A program made the position numbers and the translations under genes. Shown one piece after another: positions 1 through 10,538 of a stretch of DNA of 64,000 nt. The stretch is taken from sequence record NZ_CP136150.1. One strand, written 5' to 3'. Source of the DNA: a plasmid. Position 1 is the first letter of the stretch; the number at the start of each line of letters is the position of its first letter. Under the pieces are notes generated by a model that worked only from the letters and a program-made list of their open reading frames with translations, was not told where the DNA came from and made no database searches.

Positions 1-978
1 GTGGATAAATCCTCCGGTGAAATCGTAAATCTCACTCCTAATGCCAGTAATACCGTGCAGCCTGTAGCTCTGATGCGGCTTGGAGTATTTGTTCCTACGC
101 TTAAGTCACTGAAAAACCGTAAAAAGAACACACTTTCGCGTACTGATGCGTCGGAAGAACTGACGCGTCTGTCTCTCGCCAGGGCCGAGGGGTTTGATAA
201 AGTGGAGATCACCGGTCCCCGCCTGGATATGGATAATGACTTCAAGACCTGGGTAGGGGTGATCCATTCCTTTGCCCGACATAAAGTTATTGGCGATAAA
301 GTTGAGCTGCCGTTTGTCGAATTCGCCAAACTCTGTGGGATCCCCTCCAGTCAGTCATCCCGGAAGCTCCGGGAACGTATCAGTCCTTCACTTAAGCGTA
401 TCGCGGGTACTGTGATCTCGTTTTCCCGCACAACGGAGAAGCACACCAAAGAGTACATTACGCATCTGGTACAGTCGGCTTACTATGATACGGAAAAAGA
501 TATCGTTCAACTGCAAGCCGATCCGCGCCTCTTTGAACTCTACCAGTTTGACCGGAAAGTGCTGCTGCAGCTCAAGGCCATCAATGCCCTGAAGCGCCGG
601 GAGTCCGCTCAGGCTCTTTATACCTTTATAGAGAGTCTGCCGCGGGATCCGGCGCCGATATCACTGGCGCGGCTACGGGCCCGTCTGAACCTGAAATCCC
701 CTGTGTTCTCGCAGAACCAGACGGTGAGGCGTGCCATGGAGCAGCTCCGGGAGATTGGCTATCTGGATTACACTGAGATCCAGCGTGGGCGCACAAAACT
801 CTTCTGTATTCACTACCGCCGGCCCAAGTTAAAGCCACCTCATGATGAGAGTGCGGAGAACCCGCAACTGCCAGCCACACCGGGTGACGTCAGTCCGGAG
901 ATGGCTGAAAAACTTGCACTTCTTGATAAACTGGGCATCACACTTGATGACCTGGAGAAACTCTTCAAATCCCGCTGA
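1..978 (+). CDS. repA: RepFIB replication initiator RepA; the start codon is GTG
   Basis: 325-aa ORF whose N-terminus MDKSSGE...[19 protein letters not shown] and C-terminus ...[15 protein letters not shown] match the IncFIB RepA family; downstream iterons are present. Confidence 0.9.
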   Translation: MDKSSGEIVNLTPNASNTVQPVALMRLGVFVPTLKSLKNRKKNTLSRTDASEELTRLSLARAEGFDKVEITGPRLDMDNDFKTWVGVIHSFARHKVIGDKVELPFVEFAKLCGIPSSQSSRKLRERISPSLKRIAGTVISFSRTTEKHTKEYITHLVQSAYYDTEKDIVQLQADPRLFELYQFDRKVLLQLKAINALKRRESAQALYTFIESLPRDPAPISLARLRARLNLKSPVFSQNQTVRRAMEQLREIGYLDYTEIQRGRTKLFCIHYRRPKLKPPHDESAENPQLPATPGDVSPEMAEKLALLDKLGITLDDLEKLFKSR

Positions 979-1300
979 ACATAATCTGTAGTGAGTTATC
1001 CACTACTGTTTACTTATTACAGCTTATATTACTGCCTCTGGTGAGTGTTCTGCTCACTACAGCTTATATAAGCAGTGATGAGAGCAGCCCATACCGGAAG
1101 CATATCCCTGATCCACAAACTTTTCAGAATGGCATTCCTGTTACTGCAGGAGCCCTGTGAACCCGTCGTTCTCCCTCCATGTATCGTAATATGCTCACTA
1201 CAGCTTATGTTGCCTGCTGCAGTTTATTTAACTCACTACAGCTTATCTCTGGGAAGATTTACTCACCACAGCTTATATAAGCTGTGGTGAGTGACGTTGT
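979..1300. repeat. RepFIB iteron cluster: at least four direct copies of ~CTCAC(T/C)ACAGCTTAT plus one inverted copy
   Basis: Repeats are visible at about 979-1000 (inverted), 1054, 1196, 1233 and 1263. Confidence 0.7.
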
Positions 1301-1518
1301 CATGTCAGGACGGGAGTATCCGGAGGATCTGTGCGGCTGGGACGGGGGTGATCATCCAGCTCTCTATCTGCCTGACATAGCTTATATCTGTTAGCGGGAC
1401 CAGACGAACCTCATCTTTTGGCGGGCACTCGCGTCGTGCCTGTGTTTTTTCAGACAGCGCCCGCACTGGTTATGGATACAGTTAGTCTGGATATACGACT
1501 TGTTCTTAAACTCCGGTA

Positions 1519-1905
1519 TTACTTCATTACCCGGATATTTTTTACATCTATCTTTATACCATCCCAGTCCCGATCCACTTCTCCTTCAATATGAACCTTA
1601 TCCGCAGGCGAGGCTGTTTGACCCATCCAGTATTTGTTATCGATGTCCACATAAACAGTACCGCTGCTGTCACGGAATTCATAAAGCTCGTGACCGACTT
1701 GCCTGATAATGTTGCCTTCCAGTACCACCCACGCATCATCCCACTGTTTTTTAGCCTGTGAAACCGATGTCTGGGTGGGGGCCGGGCCTGTAAATCCTCC
1801 CTGAACATACCCGGGCTGCTCTACGGAAGAAACAATGTCCGTTTGCCGGGCAAGCGAACTGAAAGAAAGAGTGGTAATAATAAGAGTGATTAAAGTTTTT
1901 TTCAT
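1519..1905 (-). CDS. YgiW/YdeI (BOF) family periplasmic OB-fold stress protein
   Basis: 128 aa with a signal peptide MKKTLITLIITTLSFSSLA and a C-terminal OB-fold-like region typical of the YgiW family. Confidence 0.65.
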   Translation of the reverse strand: MKKTLITLIITTLSFSSLARQTDIVSSVEQPGYVQGGFTGPAPTQTSVSQAKKQWDDAWVVLEGNIIRQVGHELYEFRDSSGTVYVDIDNKYWMGQTASPADKVHIEGEVDRDWDGIKIDVKNIRVMK

Positions 1906-2396
1906 TTCTGTTTTCCCTGAAAAAAATTCCTGGAAAACTTAATGAGCAAATCTTAACTAAACCTTAAGCGAAACTAAGCGACAGGGTATTTGCTCCTTTT
2001 TCCTGATTACATCCGATGGATAAACTTTATCCAGTGGGTGCTTTCATGGGAAGCTCTTACTCCCGGAGAGCATAAACATTACAGAGCAATACACGAGGCC
2101 TGGTTCTTACTTCTCTGTTTTAGCGTGAAGGTTGCCGTGATTTTTTTCATCTCTTACGGAGTGCCCTGCCTAAAGCCACCGGAGGCAAAGATACATCCGG
2201 ATAATCTCACAGCCCGAAGCATTACATAATAATTTCACGGATGTTAAGAACTTATTTTTATTATGTTTTTTCTAATCCTGGTGTGGCTGATTTTTATATT
2301 TTTGAAAGTTTATATTTATTTTTCCTTTTTTGATATATGTCTTTTCATGTGCAAAAAGATTTGCATTGCAGATATTTTGATTTTTTGTTCCGTGGC

Positions 2397-2502
2397 GATC
2401 TTTTATGCTGTATTTTGTATGATAAATAGATTCTTGGCCTGCTGTTTTCTGATTTTTTGGTGATATATTCTTGTTTGCTTTGTTTGTATGGTATAAAAGA
2501 TC
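2397..2502. promoter_or_regulatory. pef phase-variation control region: two GATC (Dam) sites exactly 102 bp apart in the AT-rich region upstream of pefB
   Basis: GATC at 2397-2400 and 2499-2502; pap-like regulators pefB and pefI are both present. Confidence 0.5.
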
Positions 2503-2611
2503 GCAAAAATGCTCTTTTTCAAAACAAACATCTGTATATAATTCCCGGCATAAAGTTTGTTTCCTTTGGAAATTTTCTGTCACAACACCAGATTGAGCCG
2601 GAGATAATCCA

Positions 2612-2914
2612 ATGATGCTGAACAGAAAAGATGCTGATTATTATTTGGGCAAAGAGATCATGCTGGCCAGAATAAGACGAGGGGCGCTGATACCTGCAAA
2701 AGTAAATGAGGAACATTTCTGGTTACTCATCGGTATATCATCCATTCACAGCGAGAAGATTATTCAGGCACTCAGGGACTACCTTGTTTTTGGGGTGTCC
2801 AGAAAGGATGTCTGTGAACGCTATGAAGTGAACAACGGGTATTTCAGTACCAGTCTGAACCGCCTGTCACGTATCAGTCAGGCCGCAGCGCAGATGGTTG
2901 TTTATTATTCATAA
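2612..2914 (+). CDS. pefB: PapB/FaeB-family fimbrial transcriptional regulator
   Basis: 100 aa; the motif FWLLIGISSIHSEKIIQALRDYLV...NNGYFSTSLNRL is typical of PapB-family regulators. Confidence 0.85.
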   Translation: MMLNRKDADYYLGKEIMLARIRRGALIPAKVNEEHFWLLIGISSIHSEKIIQALRDYLVFGVSRKDVCERYEVNNGYFSTSLNRLSRISQAAAQMVVYYS

Positions 2915-3188
2915 GTCTGTGTTGTTCACGGACTGAAGGACAGCTTCCGCCAGGTATTAAAAACAGATAACAGACACTGAATTTAATTCGGATGCGTATT
3001 TGCGCGCCTGTTTTACAGAGCGGTTATTAAATATGTCGGATGACAACTCAGGATTTTTACGCCGTCACGTCATGGCTGACTTTATTTCTGCCCTGTCCGG
3101 GAAGGAATAAAGCCAGCCATGCTGGAAAATGTGAATGTGTATTTTCATTTTGTGAAAGTCAAAAAATTAAATTCAAGAGGTTATATAC

Positions 3189-3713
3189 ATGAAAAAGAGC
3201 ATTATTGCTTCCATTATTGCACTGGGTGTTCTGGGCGGGACTGCACACGCTGCCAATGAAGTGACTTTCCTGGGTTCAGTGAGCGCCACGACCTGTGACC
3301 TGACCACTTCTGTCAACGGCGCAGCTCAGCCAAACCAGGTTGTTCAGTTAGGTACTGTTCAGGCAGGTCAGGAAGGTACGGCTGTTGATTTTGCCATGAA
3401 GCCGGCTAACCCGGGCTCCCTGGGGTGTCAGGGGCTGGATACTAAAACCGTCACTGTCTCCTGGGCTTCTGCTGCCCTGAATGCTGACGGCTTTGGTGCA
3501 ACTGGCGGCGCAGCAACAGACGCTACTGTTCTGGTCAATAACGTGAACGCAAAAACCAATCCTGGTGCGGCGGTGAATGCAAATGCCAGCACCGTGGAAT
3601 TTAACGGTGCTGATCTGAACACCGACGGCCTGAAATTCCAGGCCAAACTGAAAGGTGGCCAGACTGAAGGTGACTTCAAATCTGTGGCGTCTTTCGCAGT
3701 GGCTTACAAATAA
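3189..3713 (+). CDS. pefA: Plasmid-encoded fimbriae major subunit
   Basis: 174 aa with a signal peptide and a fimbrial subunit C-terminus ending ...SFAVAYK, in operon position after pefB. Confidence 0.9.
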   Translation: MKKSIIASIIALGVLGGTAHAANEVTFLGSVSATTCDLTTSVNGAAQPNQVVQLGTVQAGQEGTAVDFAMKPANPGSLGCQGLDTKTVTVSWASAALNADGFGATGGAATDATVLVNNVNAKTNPGAAVNANASTVEFNGADLNTDGLKFQAKLKGGQTEGDFKSVASFAVAYK

Positions 3714-3747
3714 TTACCCGTAAGCAGAACCTTACATATTTTATTTA

Positions 3748-3780
3748 AATGACGCGGCGTACGGCGGTGCGCCGCATTTA
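3748..3780 (+). terminator. GC-rich hairpin between pefA and pefC, probably an intra-operon attenuator
   Basis: GCGGCG...CGCCGC stem immediately after the pefA stop codon. Confidence 0.35.
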
Positions 3781-3894
3781 ATTACCTTGTTCGTTATTTT
3801 TATATCGCTGATTGCAGGCCGGGACAGCACCTGTATATTCATCCCGCCATCCTGCATTCCGTTATTACCTGTTTAACAGGAAATTGTATTTTCC

Positions 3895-6348
3895 GTGCAA
3901 TTTCCTCCGGAGAGGGACTGTCTGAGTCAGGGGGTTGTTGTGTCATTTCATCACCGGGTATTTAAACTGTCGGCGCTGAGTCTCGCCTTATTTTCTCACC
4001 TGTCTTTTGCCAGTACTGACTCAGAGCTTAACCTGGATTTCCTGCAGGGAATGGGCGCCATTCCCTCCGTATTAAAATCCGGTTCGGATTTTCCGGCCGG
4101 ACAGTATTATGTCGACGTCATTGTTAACCAGGAAAACGTGGGTAAGGCCCGTTTATCCATTACACCACAGGAAGAGTCAGCAAACGCCCTGTGCCTGTCG
4201 CCGGAGTGGCTGAAGGCTGCCGGGGTTCCTGTCCGCCTGGAGGGATATGCCTCCACACTAGATGCGGCAAAGCAATGTTATGTTCTCAGCCGTAATCCCT
4301 ACACGAAAGTGGATTTCAGCTATGGCTCCCAGAGCCTGGTGTTCAGTATTCCCCAGTCGTTTCTGGTCAGTAAAACGGACCCCAGCCGCTGGGACTACGG
4401 CGTGCCGGCGGCACGCCTGAAGTACTCCGCCAACGCCTCGCAGACGTCCGGGCAAAGCACCAGTGCCTATGCGAATGCCGACCTGATGGTCAACCTTGGC
4501 CGCTGGGTGCTGGCCAGTAACATGAGCGCATCCCGGTACGCTGACGGCTCCGGTGAGTTCACCGCCCGGGATATCACGCTGTCCACCGCCATCAGCCAGG
4601 TGCAGGGGGACCTGCTGCTCGGTAAATCCCAGACCCGCAGCGCCCTGTTCTCTGATTTCGGCTTTTACGGGGCGGCACTGCGCTCCAACAGTAACATGCT
4701 GCCGTGGGAGGCCCGCGGGTATGCCCCGCTTATCACCGGGGTGGCAAACTCCACCTCCCGCGTCACCATCAGCCAGAACGGGTACACCGTGTACTCAAAA
4801 GTGGTGCCGCCCGGCCCGTACCAGCTGGATGATGTCCGCTCCGTGGGGAACGGTGACCTGGTGGTGACCGTGGAGGATGCGTCCGGCCACAAAACCACCA
4901 CCGTCTATCCGGTCACCACCCTGCCGACGCTGCTGCGTCCCGGGGAGATTGAATACAACGTGGCGGCCGGCCGCAAGTCCAGTAACTATCAGCTGAAAAA
5001 ACCGTTCCGGGACGGTGAAAGCGGCACGTTCTGGATGGGAAGCGTGGGGTACGGCTTTGACTCCACCACGCTGAATGCCGCCTCCATCCTGCACGGTAAA
5101 TACCAGGCCGGCGGGGTGAGCGTGACGCAGGCCCTGGGGGGCTTCGGCGCCGTGTCTGCCGGGATGAACCTGTCACAGGCGAAATACGACAACGGGGACA
5201 ACAAGCGCGGGCACAGCGTCAGCGCCAAGTATGCCAAAAGCTTCTCTGACAGCTCGGACCTGCAGCTGCTGGCCTACCGTTACCAGAGTAAGGGGTATGT
5301 GGAGTTCGCGGACTTCTACAGCACGGACCGGTATACCCGCTACAACACAAAATCACGCTATGAGATGCGCCTCTCGCAACGTCTGGGGAACAGCAACCTG
5401 AACCTGGCCGGCTGGCAGGAGGACTACTGGTGGATGAAAGGAAAGGCCACCGGGGGCGATGTCTCCCTCAGCACCACCATTCTTGATGGTGTGTCGGTCT
5501 TCCTGAACGGCAGCTACAGCAAACGCCCGTACCTGGACAAACCGGACTACAGCACGTCGCTCTCCTTCAGTATTCCGTTCACCCTGGGTGGCGTGCGCCA
5601 TTACAGCAGTACCGGACTGAGCTACAGCAGCAGCGGCAGGATGGGGATGAACAGCGGGGTGTCGGCAAGTCCGACGGACCGCCTGAGCTACGGCCTCAAC
5701 ACCAACCTGAGTGATAAGGGCGACCGCAGCCTGAACGGCAACCTCTCGTATGGCTTTGATGCCATCCAGACCAACATGATGCTGTCGCAGGGACGAGATA
5801 ACACCACCGTGTCAGGCAGCGTGAGCGGCACCATTCTGGGCACGGCAGACAGCGGCCTGATGATGACGAAGGAAACCGGGAACACGCTGGGCGTGGCGCG
5901 CATTCCGGGGGTGAAGGGCGTGAGGATTAACGGCTCAGCCCCCACCAACAGCAAGGGATACACCGTGGTGAACCTGTCGGATTACTCCCTGAACCGGGTC
6001 AGCGTGGACATGGAAAACGTGCCGGATGACCTGGAGCTGCAGACCACCTCCTTTAACGTGGTGCCGACGGAAAAAGCTGTCGTGTACCGGGAGTTTGGCG
6101 CCGAGCATGTGCTGCGCTACATCCTGCGGGTGAAGGAGCGTGACGGACGGATACTGAACGGGGGCAGCGCGCAGACGGAGCAGGGACTGGATGCCGGGTT
6201 TATTGCCGGTAACGGCGTCCTGCTGATGAATATGCTGAGCGCGCCGTCACGGGTCAGCGTCGAGCGGGGGGACGGCAGCGTCTGCCATTTTTCAGTGAAA
6301 GGTATTGTGCCTAATACCGGCAAAGTTCAGGAGGTTTATTGTGAATAA
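3895..6348 (+). CDS. pefC: Fimbrial outer-membrane usher; the true start is probably a GTG near 3940
   Basis: 817-aa ORF, usher-sized, lying between the major subunit and the chaperone. Confidence 0.85.
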   Translation: MQFPPERDCLSQGVVVSFHHRVFKLSALSLALFSHLSFASTDSELNLDFLQGMGAIPSVLKSGSDFPAGQYYVDVIVNQENVGKARLSITPQEESANALCLSPEWLKAAGVPVRLEGYASTLDAAKQCYVLSRNPYTKVDFSYGSQSLVFSIPQSFLVSKTDPSRWDYGVPAARLKYSANASQTSGQSTSAYANADLMVNLGRWVLASNMSASRYADGSGEFTARDITLSTAISQVQGDLLLGKSQTRSALFSDFGFYGAALRSNSNMLPWEARGYAPLITGVANSTSRVTISQNGYTVYSKVVPPGPYQLDDVRSVGNGDLVVTVEDASGHKTTTVYPVTTLPTLLRPGEIEYNVAAGRKSSNYQLKKPFRDGESGTFWMGSVGYGFDSTTLNAASILHGKYQAGGVSVTQALGGFGAVSAGMNLSQAKYDNGDNKRGHSVSAKYAKSFSDSSDLQLLAYRYQSKGYVEFADFYSTDRYTRYNTKSRYEMRLSQRLGNSNLNLAGWQEDYWWMKGKATGGDVSLSTTILDGVSVFLNGSYSKRPYLDKPDYSTSLSFSIPFTLGGVRHYSSTGLSYSSSGRMGMNSGVSASPTDRLSYGLNTNLSDKGDRSLNGNLSYGFDAIQTNMMLSQGRDNTTVSGSVSGTILGTADSGLMMTKETGNTLGVARIPGVKGVRINGSAPTNSKGYTVVNLSDYSLNRVSVDMENVPDDLELQTTSFNVVPTEKAVVYREFGAEHVLRYILRVKERDGRILNGGSAQTEQGLDAGFIAGNGVLLMNMLSAPSRVSVERGDGSVCHFSVKGIVPNTGKVQEVYCE

Positions 6349-6349
6349 G

Positions 6350-7033
6350 ATGATGAAGTGGGGACTGGTGTCCCTGCTGTCCCTGGCCGTCAGCGGGCAG
6401 GCCATGGCAGCCTTTGTGCTGAACGGCACGCGTTTTATCTATGAGGAAGGGAGAAAGAACACCTCATTTGAGGTGACCAACCAGGCGGATGAGACCTTTG
6501 GCGGCCAGGTGTGGATAGACAACACCACCCAGGGCAGCAGTACGGTGTATATGGTACCGGCGCCGCCGTTCTTTAAGGTCAGGCCCAAAGAAAAGCAGAT
6601 TATCCGCATCATGAAGACGGACAGCGCGCTGCCGTCAGACCGTGAGTCGCTGTTCTGGCTGAACGTTCAGGAAATTCCGCCGAAGCCAAAGGCGTCGGAA
6701 GGGAATGTCCTGGCGGTGGCCGTGAACACGAAGGTGAAGCTGATTTACCGGCCGAAAGCGCTTGTTGAGGGACGCCGTAATGCCGAGAAGAACCTGCAGA
6801 TTACGCACCGCGGCGGTGAGGCTTACCTGAAGAACCCGACGCCGTACTACTTTGCGGTCACCGGGGTGAAACTGAACGGACAGCCGGTCAGGCTGAACGA
6901 CAGGGTGATGAATGAGATTGCGCAGCTGGCGCCGAAGAGTGAGGTGGCGCTGGGGAAACTGTCGCTGAACGGAACGGTGACGGTGCAGGCTGTTAACGAC
7001 TGGGGCGGCACCCAGGACTACACGCTGAAATGA
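6350..7033 (+). CDS. pefD: Periplasmic fimbrial chaperone
   Basis: PapD-like chaperone motifs (FVLNGTRFIYEEG...); start taken at MMKWGL, which follows the pefC stop. Confidence 0.85.
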   Translation: MMKWGLVSLLSLAVSGQAMAAFVLNGTRFIYEEGRKNTSFEVTNQADETFGGQVWIDNTTQGSSTVYMVPAPPFFKVRPKEKQIIRIMKTDSALPSDRESLFWLNVQEIPPKPKASEGNVLAVAVNTKVKLIYRPKALVEGRRNAEKNLQITHRGGEAYLKNPTPYYFAVTGVKLNGQPVRLNDRVMNEIAQLAPKSEVALGKLSLNGTVTVQAVNDWGGTQDYTLK

Positions 7034-7050
7034 GCCGGGAGGGCAGGATA

Positions 7051-7608
7051 ATGAAACAGAAAGAATACCGGACCGTGCGGATAACGCGACACATGCGTGC
7101 GGGCATGCTGGCCGCCGGGCTGCTGCTTCCCCTGGTGGCCGGGGCGGCGACAAGTGGAGGTATGCTCATCCCGTTCGAGATAAACAACCCGCAGCAGACC
7201 TGTGACCTGACCTTTGATAACGGCAGCACCATGATGACCTACCAGCTGGGGGCGATGAGTAAGGGAAGCCGGATACAGCACAGGCCGTTTACCGTCACCG
7301 TGGACTGCAGGGGGAGCACGGCAGTGAAGACGGCCCTGACGGCAAGGAGCACCACGGGAACGCTGCAGGGAGGGAGTGACAGCGTCATGATGCGGGTGAA
7401 CGGTCAGGCGTCAACTAATGGTCCGCTGTTCTGGCTGGAGAATGGCGGACAGCGGGTGAAGCTGACGGGGGCAAAAAGTGATGCCTTCTGCATCTCCCCC
7501 ACCGCCCCGAACAGGTGTGAGCTTCGTCCGGTGACGGATATCCCGGCGAACTCCCCGGAGGGGAATATTGATGCGACGGTGGTCTTTGATGTGGTTTATC
7601 CGCAGTAG
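7051..7608 (+). CDS. Pef minor subunit or anchor-like protein (orf5)
   Basis: Signal peptide MRAGMLAAGLLLPLVAGAA; its size and position match orf5 of the pef locus. Confidence 0.55.
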   Translation: MKQKEYRTVRITRHMRAGMLAAGLLLPLVAGAATSGGMLIPFEINNPQQTCDLTFDNGSTMMTYQLGAMSKGSRIQHRPFTVTVDCRGSTAVKTALTARSTTGTLQGGSDSVMMRVNGQASTNGPLFWLENGGQRVKLTGAKSDAFCISPTAPNRCELRPVTDIPANSPEGNIDATVVFDVVYPQ

Positions 7609-7697
7609 GTAGCCAGTATAAATCGCCCGGCGTGGGTTAAGCGCACCACAATATGCGAATGAACCGTGTCGATAACAACGGACAAAACTGTACAGGA

Positions 7698-8645
7698 ATG
7701 ATTATGAAACCGATTTCTTATTTTACCGGGAGCAGAAAACGCAGCAGCACATGTCTGATATCGTCGTTGCTGCTTCCGGGAATGACAGCCATGAGTATTT
7801 CACTTCCCGGCACCGCAGCAATGGTTGGGTTCGGGGGAGACTATACCTACAGGGGCACAATAACCGTAACCGGAGAGGCGCTCATCGGTCCTGCTGTAGA
7901 TGCAAGGGTGCCTAAGGTTAGTGTGACTCTCTGTAGCTCGACCAAAGTGACGGTGGAACAATGCAACGCCCGGTTAGAGCGCAAAAATCAGGATGGCTCA
8001 TGGAATGTTGTGACAGGGATGCAGTGTACAGGGCAAAATAGCAATAATTTAAGTGTGGTGACCCCCATCTCAAAAATCTATAAGCTCGTGTACGGCGATT
8101 TCTACCGTGTCGTTTTTATGAATGTGAGGGCGAGGTTTGAACCAAGTGGAGCAGCTGAGCATGGTTCGCGTTGTTTTGTTGAAAAACAAAGCTACAGCTA
8201 TGGGAATCCTGTCAGTGGAGGAGTACTGGAGTTGAGTACATTGTCAGGTCAAACTGAACGTTTGGCTGCCTATGGCCAGCACGAGACGACATTCTTGATG
8301 CCAGTCACTGCGGTCGATAAAACTTATATCGAATACCCGACCATGACCCGGTTGAGTGTTGCTCCCGACGGAAGCGCGCGCGGACAGGTAGTCACCGTTG
8401 TGGGTCGTAACGCACAAGTGAAATTTACCCTGAGGGAGGCTTATGGTAATAATAATTTGGGGCAGTATTGGATACCAACGGCTGCTAGCGGGAGTAAAAT
8501 TAAACCGCAGTTGATAAAAAAGGACGGATCACAATGTGTCAATGCCCGTGAAGGGGAGTCATGTGACCTTTATTATCCACCGGGATCTGTACCTCCAGGA
8601 CGATACTACCGCGGCTATGTGGACATTTACGCCACGGTATATTGA
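7698..8645 (+). CDS. Pef-associated secreted protein (orf6), a candidate tip adhesin
   Basis: Signal peptide present; GC content is lower than in neighbouring genes; Cys-containing. Confidence 0.45.
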   Translation: MIMKPISYFTGSRKRSSTCLISSLLLPGMTAMSISLPGTAAMVGFGGDYTYRGTITVTGEALIGPAVDARVPKVSVTLCSSTKVTVEQCNARLERKNQDGSWNVVTGMQCTGQNSNNLSVVTPISKIYKLVYGDFYRVVFMNVRARFEPSGAAEHGSRCFVEKQSYSYGNPVSGGVLELSTLSGQTERLAAYGQHETTFLMPVTAVDKTYIEYPTMTRLSVAPDGSARGQVVTVVGRNAQVKFTLREAYGNNNLGQYWIPTAASGSKIKPQLIKKDGSQCVNAREGESCDLYYPPGSVPPGRYYRGYVDIYATVY

Positions 8646-8904
8646 CGTCACGGTGAAATAATCCGGGAGCAACTTCAGCTATTCCCGAGCTTATGCTCAC
8701 ATTTTCTCATGGAGACCGGAATTGTCGGCACTGGCATCTTTCACCGGAATAACAAAGCGGGTCAAAAATGCATAAATGTTATTCAGCGAGCTGCTCAAAT
8801 GTTATTACCCGACCTCAATGGATGTTATTGGGTTATATCCTTCCATGGAAATACGCAATGAGAAGGCGCTGTTTTTATTTACATACAAAGAGTAACTCCG
8901 GTTT

Positions 8905-9117
8905 ATGAGTGAATCCATCATTACACATATCATCTCCATCATCCGGGAGCGGCAGAGCGCGCACGACGGCGCGCCTGTTAAAACCCGCGATATTGCCGAT
9001 GCTGCCGGACTCAGTATCTACCAGGTCCGCTCGTATCTTGAGCAGCTCCGCGCTGTCGGGATGCTTGAGAAAGTGAATGCCGGAAAGGGAGTACCCGGAT
9101 TATGGCGTCTGCTCTGA
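8905..9117 (+). CDS. pefI: PapI/FaeA-family regulator
   Basis: 70 aa with a PapI-like winged-helix region (...DIADAAGLSIYQVRSYLEQL...). Confidence 0.85.
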   Translation: MSESIITHIISIIRERQSAHDGAPVKTRDIADAAGLSIYQVRSYLEQLRAVGMLEKVNAGKGVPGLWRLL

Positions 9118-9452
9118 CCGCTTTCCCGGAAGACGGGGATTTCGGCCGGATATGGTACGACCGGCTTTGTATCGAATTTAACAGCGACGGCGGACTGAGT
9201 CCGGCTGAACTGCGGGTTATCCGACTGCTGCTGCGGGGCTATAACAGCGGGCAGATTGCTGCCCTCTGTTTTCGCAGCGTCAAAACCATTTCAGCCCAGA
9301 AAGGCCAGGCTTTCAGGCGCCTCGGCGTCAGGAATGATGCCACTCTGTTGCCGACCCTGATACTGCTGGGGATGGTGACACTGTACACCGACCTGAACCG
9401 GGTTCATTCACTGGAAGAGGACGGCCCGATATGCGGGCCGGAGGCCGGATAA
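9102..9452 (+). CDS. srgD: LuxR-family helix-turn-helix regulator
   Basis: The helix-turn-helix LSPAELRVIRLLLRGYNSGQIAA is LuxR/FixJ-type; the ORF overlaps the pefI stop. Confidence 0.75.
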   Translation: MASALTAFPEDGDFGRIWYDRLCIEFNSDGGLSPAELRVIRLLLRGYNSGQIAALCFRSVKTISAQKGQAFRRLGVRNDATLLPTLILLGMVTLYTDLNRVHSLEEDGPICGPEAG

Positions 9453-9695
9453 GTATCACTGAAAGTTATTTTATGATGCTCATGAAATTTATTTATTACG
9501 CCTGTCTGGCCGTCGTCATATTAATGGCTGTGGTCTTTTGTGTGTCAGTGCTTTTTATTCTGGAAAATTCATGACCGGAATATTCCGGCTGCCGCCTTAA
9601 TGACCATGCCGGATGAATTAATATTTACTGTTGCTGTCAGGTGGTGCTGTTAATCGGTTTTTGTTCTGTATATCTGTTATCCATGGAGTGTTTCC

Positions 9696-10352
9696 GTGAC
9701 GATGAATTATGCCCGGAATCTGTATTCCCTGAAGGGAATATTATGTTCTTCTTTGCTGTTGTTTTGTTGTGCACGCCCTGCTGTTGCACAGGAGTGGGAG
9801 TCCATAACGCCTCCGGTGGCTGATGCCCCCGCTGTGGTGGAGTTCTTTTCCTTTTACTGCCCGCCCTGCTATGCGTTCTCACAGACAATGGGCGTGGACC
9901 AGGCCATCCGGCACGTACTGCCGCAAGGTGACCGGATGGTCAAGTACCATGTCAGCCTGCTGGGCCCCCTCGGCCATGAGCTGACACGGGCCTGGGCGCT
10001 GGCCATGGTGATGAAGGAAACCGACGTGGTCGAGAAGGCCTTCTTCACGGCCGGCATGGTCGAGAAACGCCTGCATTCCCCGGACGATGTCCGCCGGGTG
10101 TTTATGTCTGCCACCGGTATCAGTCGCGCGGAGTATGACAGAAGTATAAAAAGTCCCGCCGTGAATGACATGGTGGCATTACAGGAACGGCTGTTTAAGG
10201 AATATGGCGTGAGGGGGACGCCTTCCGTGTATGTCCGTGGCCGTTACCACATCAACAATGCCGCCTTCAGCGCATTCTCCGTCGAAGACTTCAGGAGCCG
10301 TTATGCTGCGGTGGTCCGGAAACTGCTGGCCGGTAACCCTGATGCCGACTGA
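9696..10352 (+). CDS. srgA: DsbA-like thiol:disulfide oxidoreductase; the start is possibly the ATG at 9702
   Basis: CPPC active site (FFSFYCPPCYAF) and a signal peptide. Confidence 0.85.
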   Translation: MTMNYARNLYSLKGILCSSLLLFCCARPAVAQEWESITPPVADAPAVVEFFSFYCPPCYAFSQTMGVDQAIRHVLPQGDRMVKYHVSLLGPLGHELTRAWALAMVMKETDVVEKAFFTAGMVEKRLHSPDDVRRVFMSATGISRAEYDRSIKSPAVNDMVALQERLFKEYGVRGTPSVYVRGRYHINNAAFSAFSVEDFRSRYAAVVRKLLAGNPDAD

Positions 10353-10538
10353 TGATAAAGGCACCATACAGGCCGGAGATATCCTCCCGCTCCGTGCGCT
10401 GATTCTCCTGCTGCTGACCAGCGTCTTTATCTCCGGCTTTCTGACCGGCGTCCTGGCCATGCTCTGGCTTATCTGCCGTGGGGCATGATGTGAAGTCCGG
10501 TCTCCCCTGTAACAGAAAACATAACTTTCACCACCACG

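Noticed and set aside
979-1300. Possible CRISPR array
   Set aside because: The repeats are about 15-17 bp with irregular spacing next to repA; these are iterons, not a CRISPR array, and no cas genes are present
4258-5237. Multiple 65-100-aa ORFs on the minus strand inside pefC
   Set aside because: They are antisense to a well-supported usher gene in GC-rich DNA; these are typical spurious open frames
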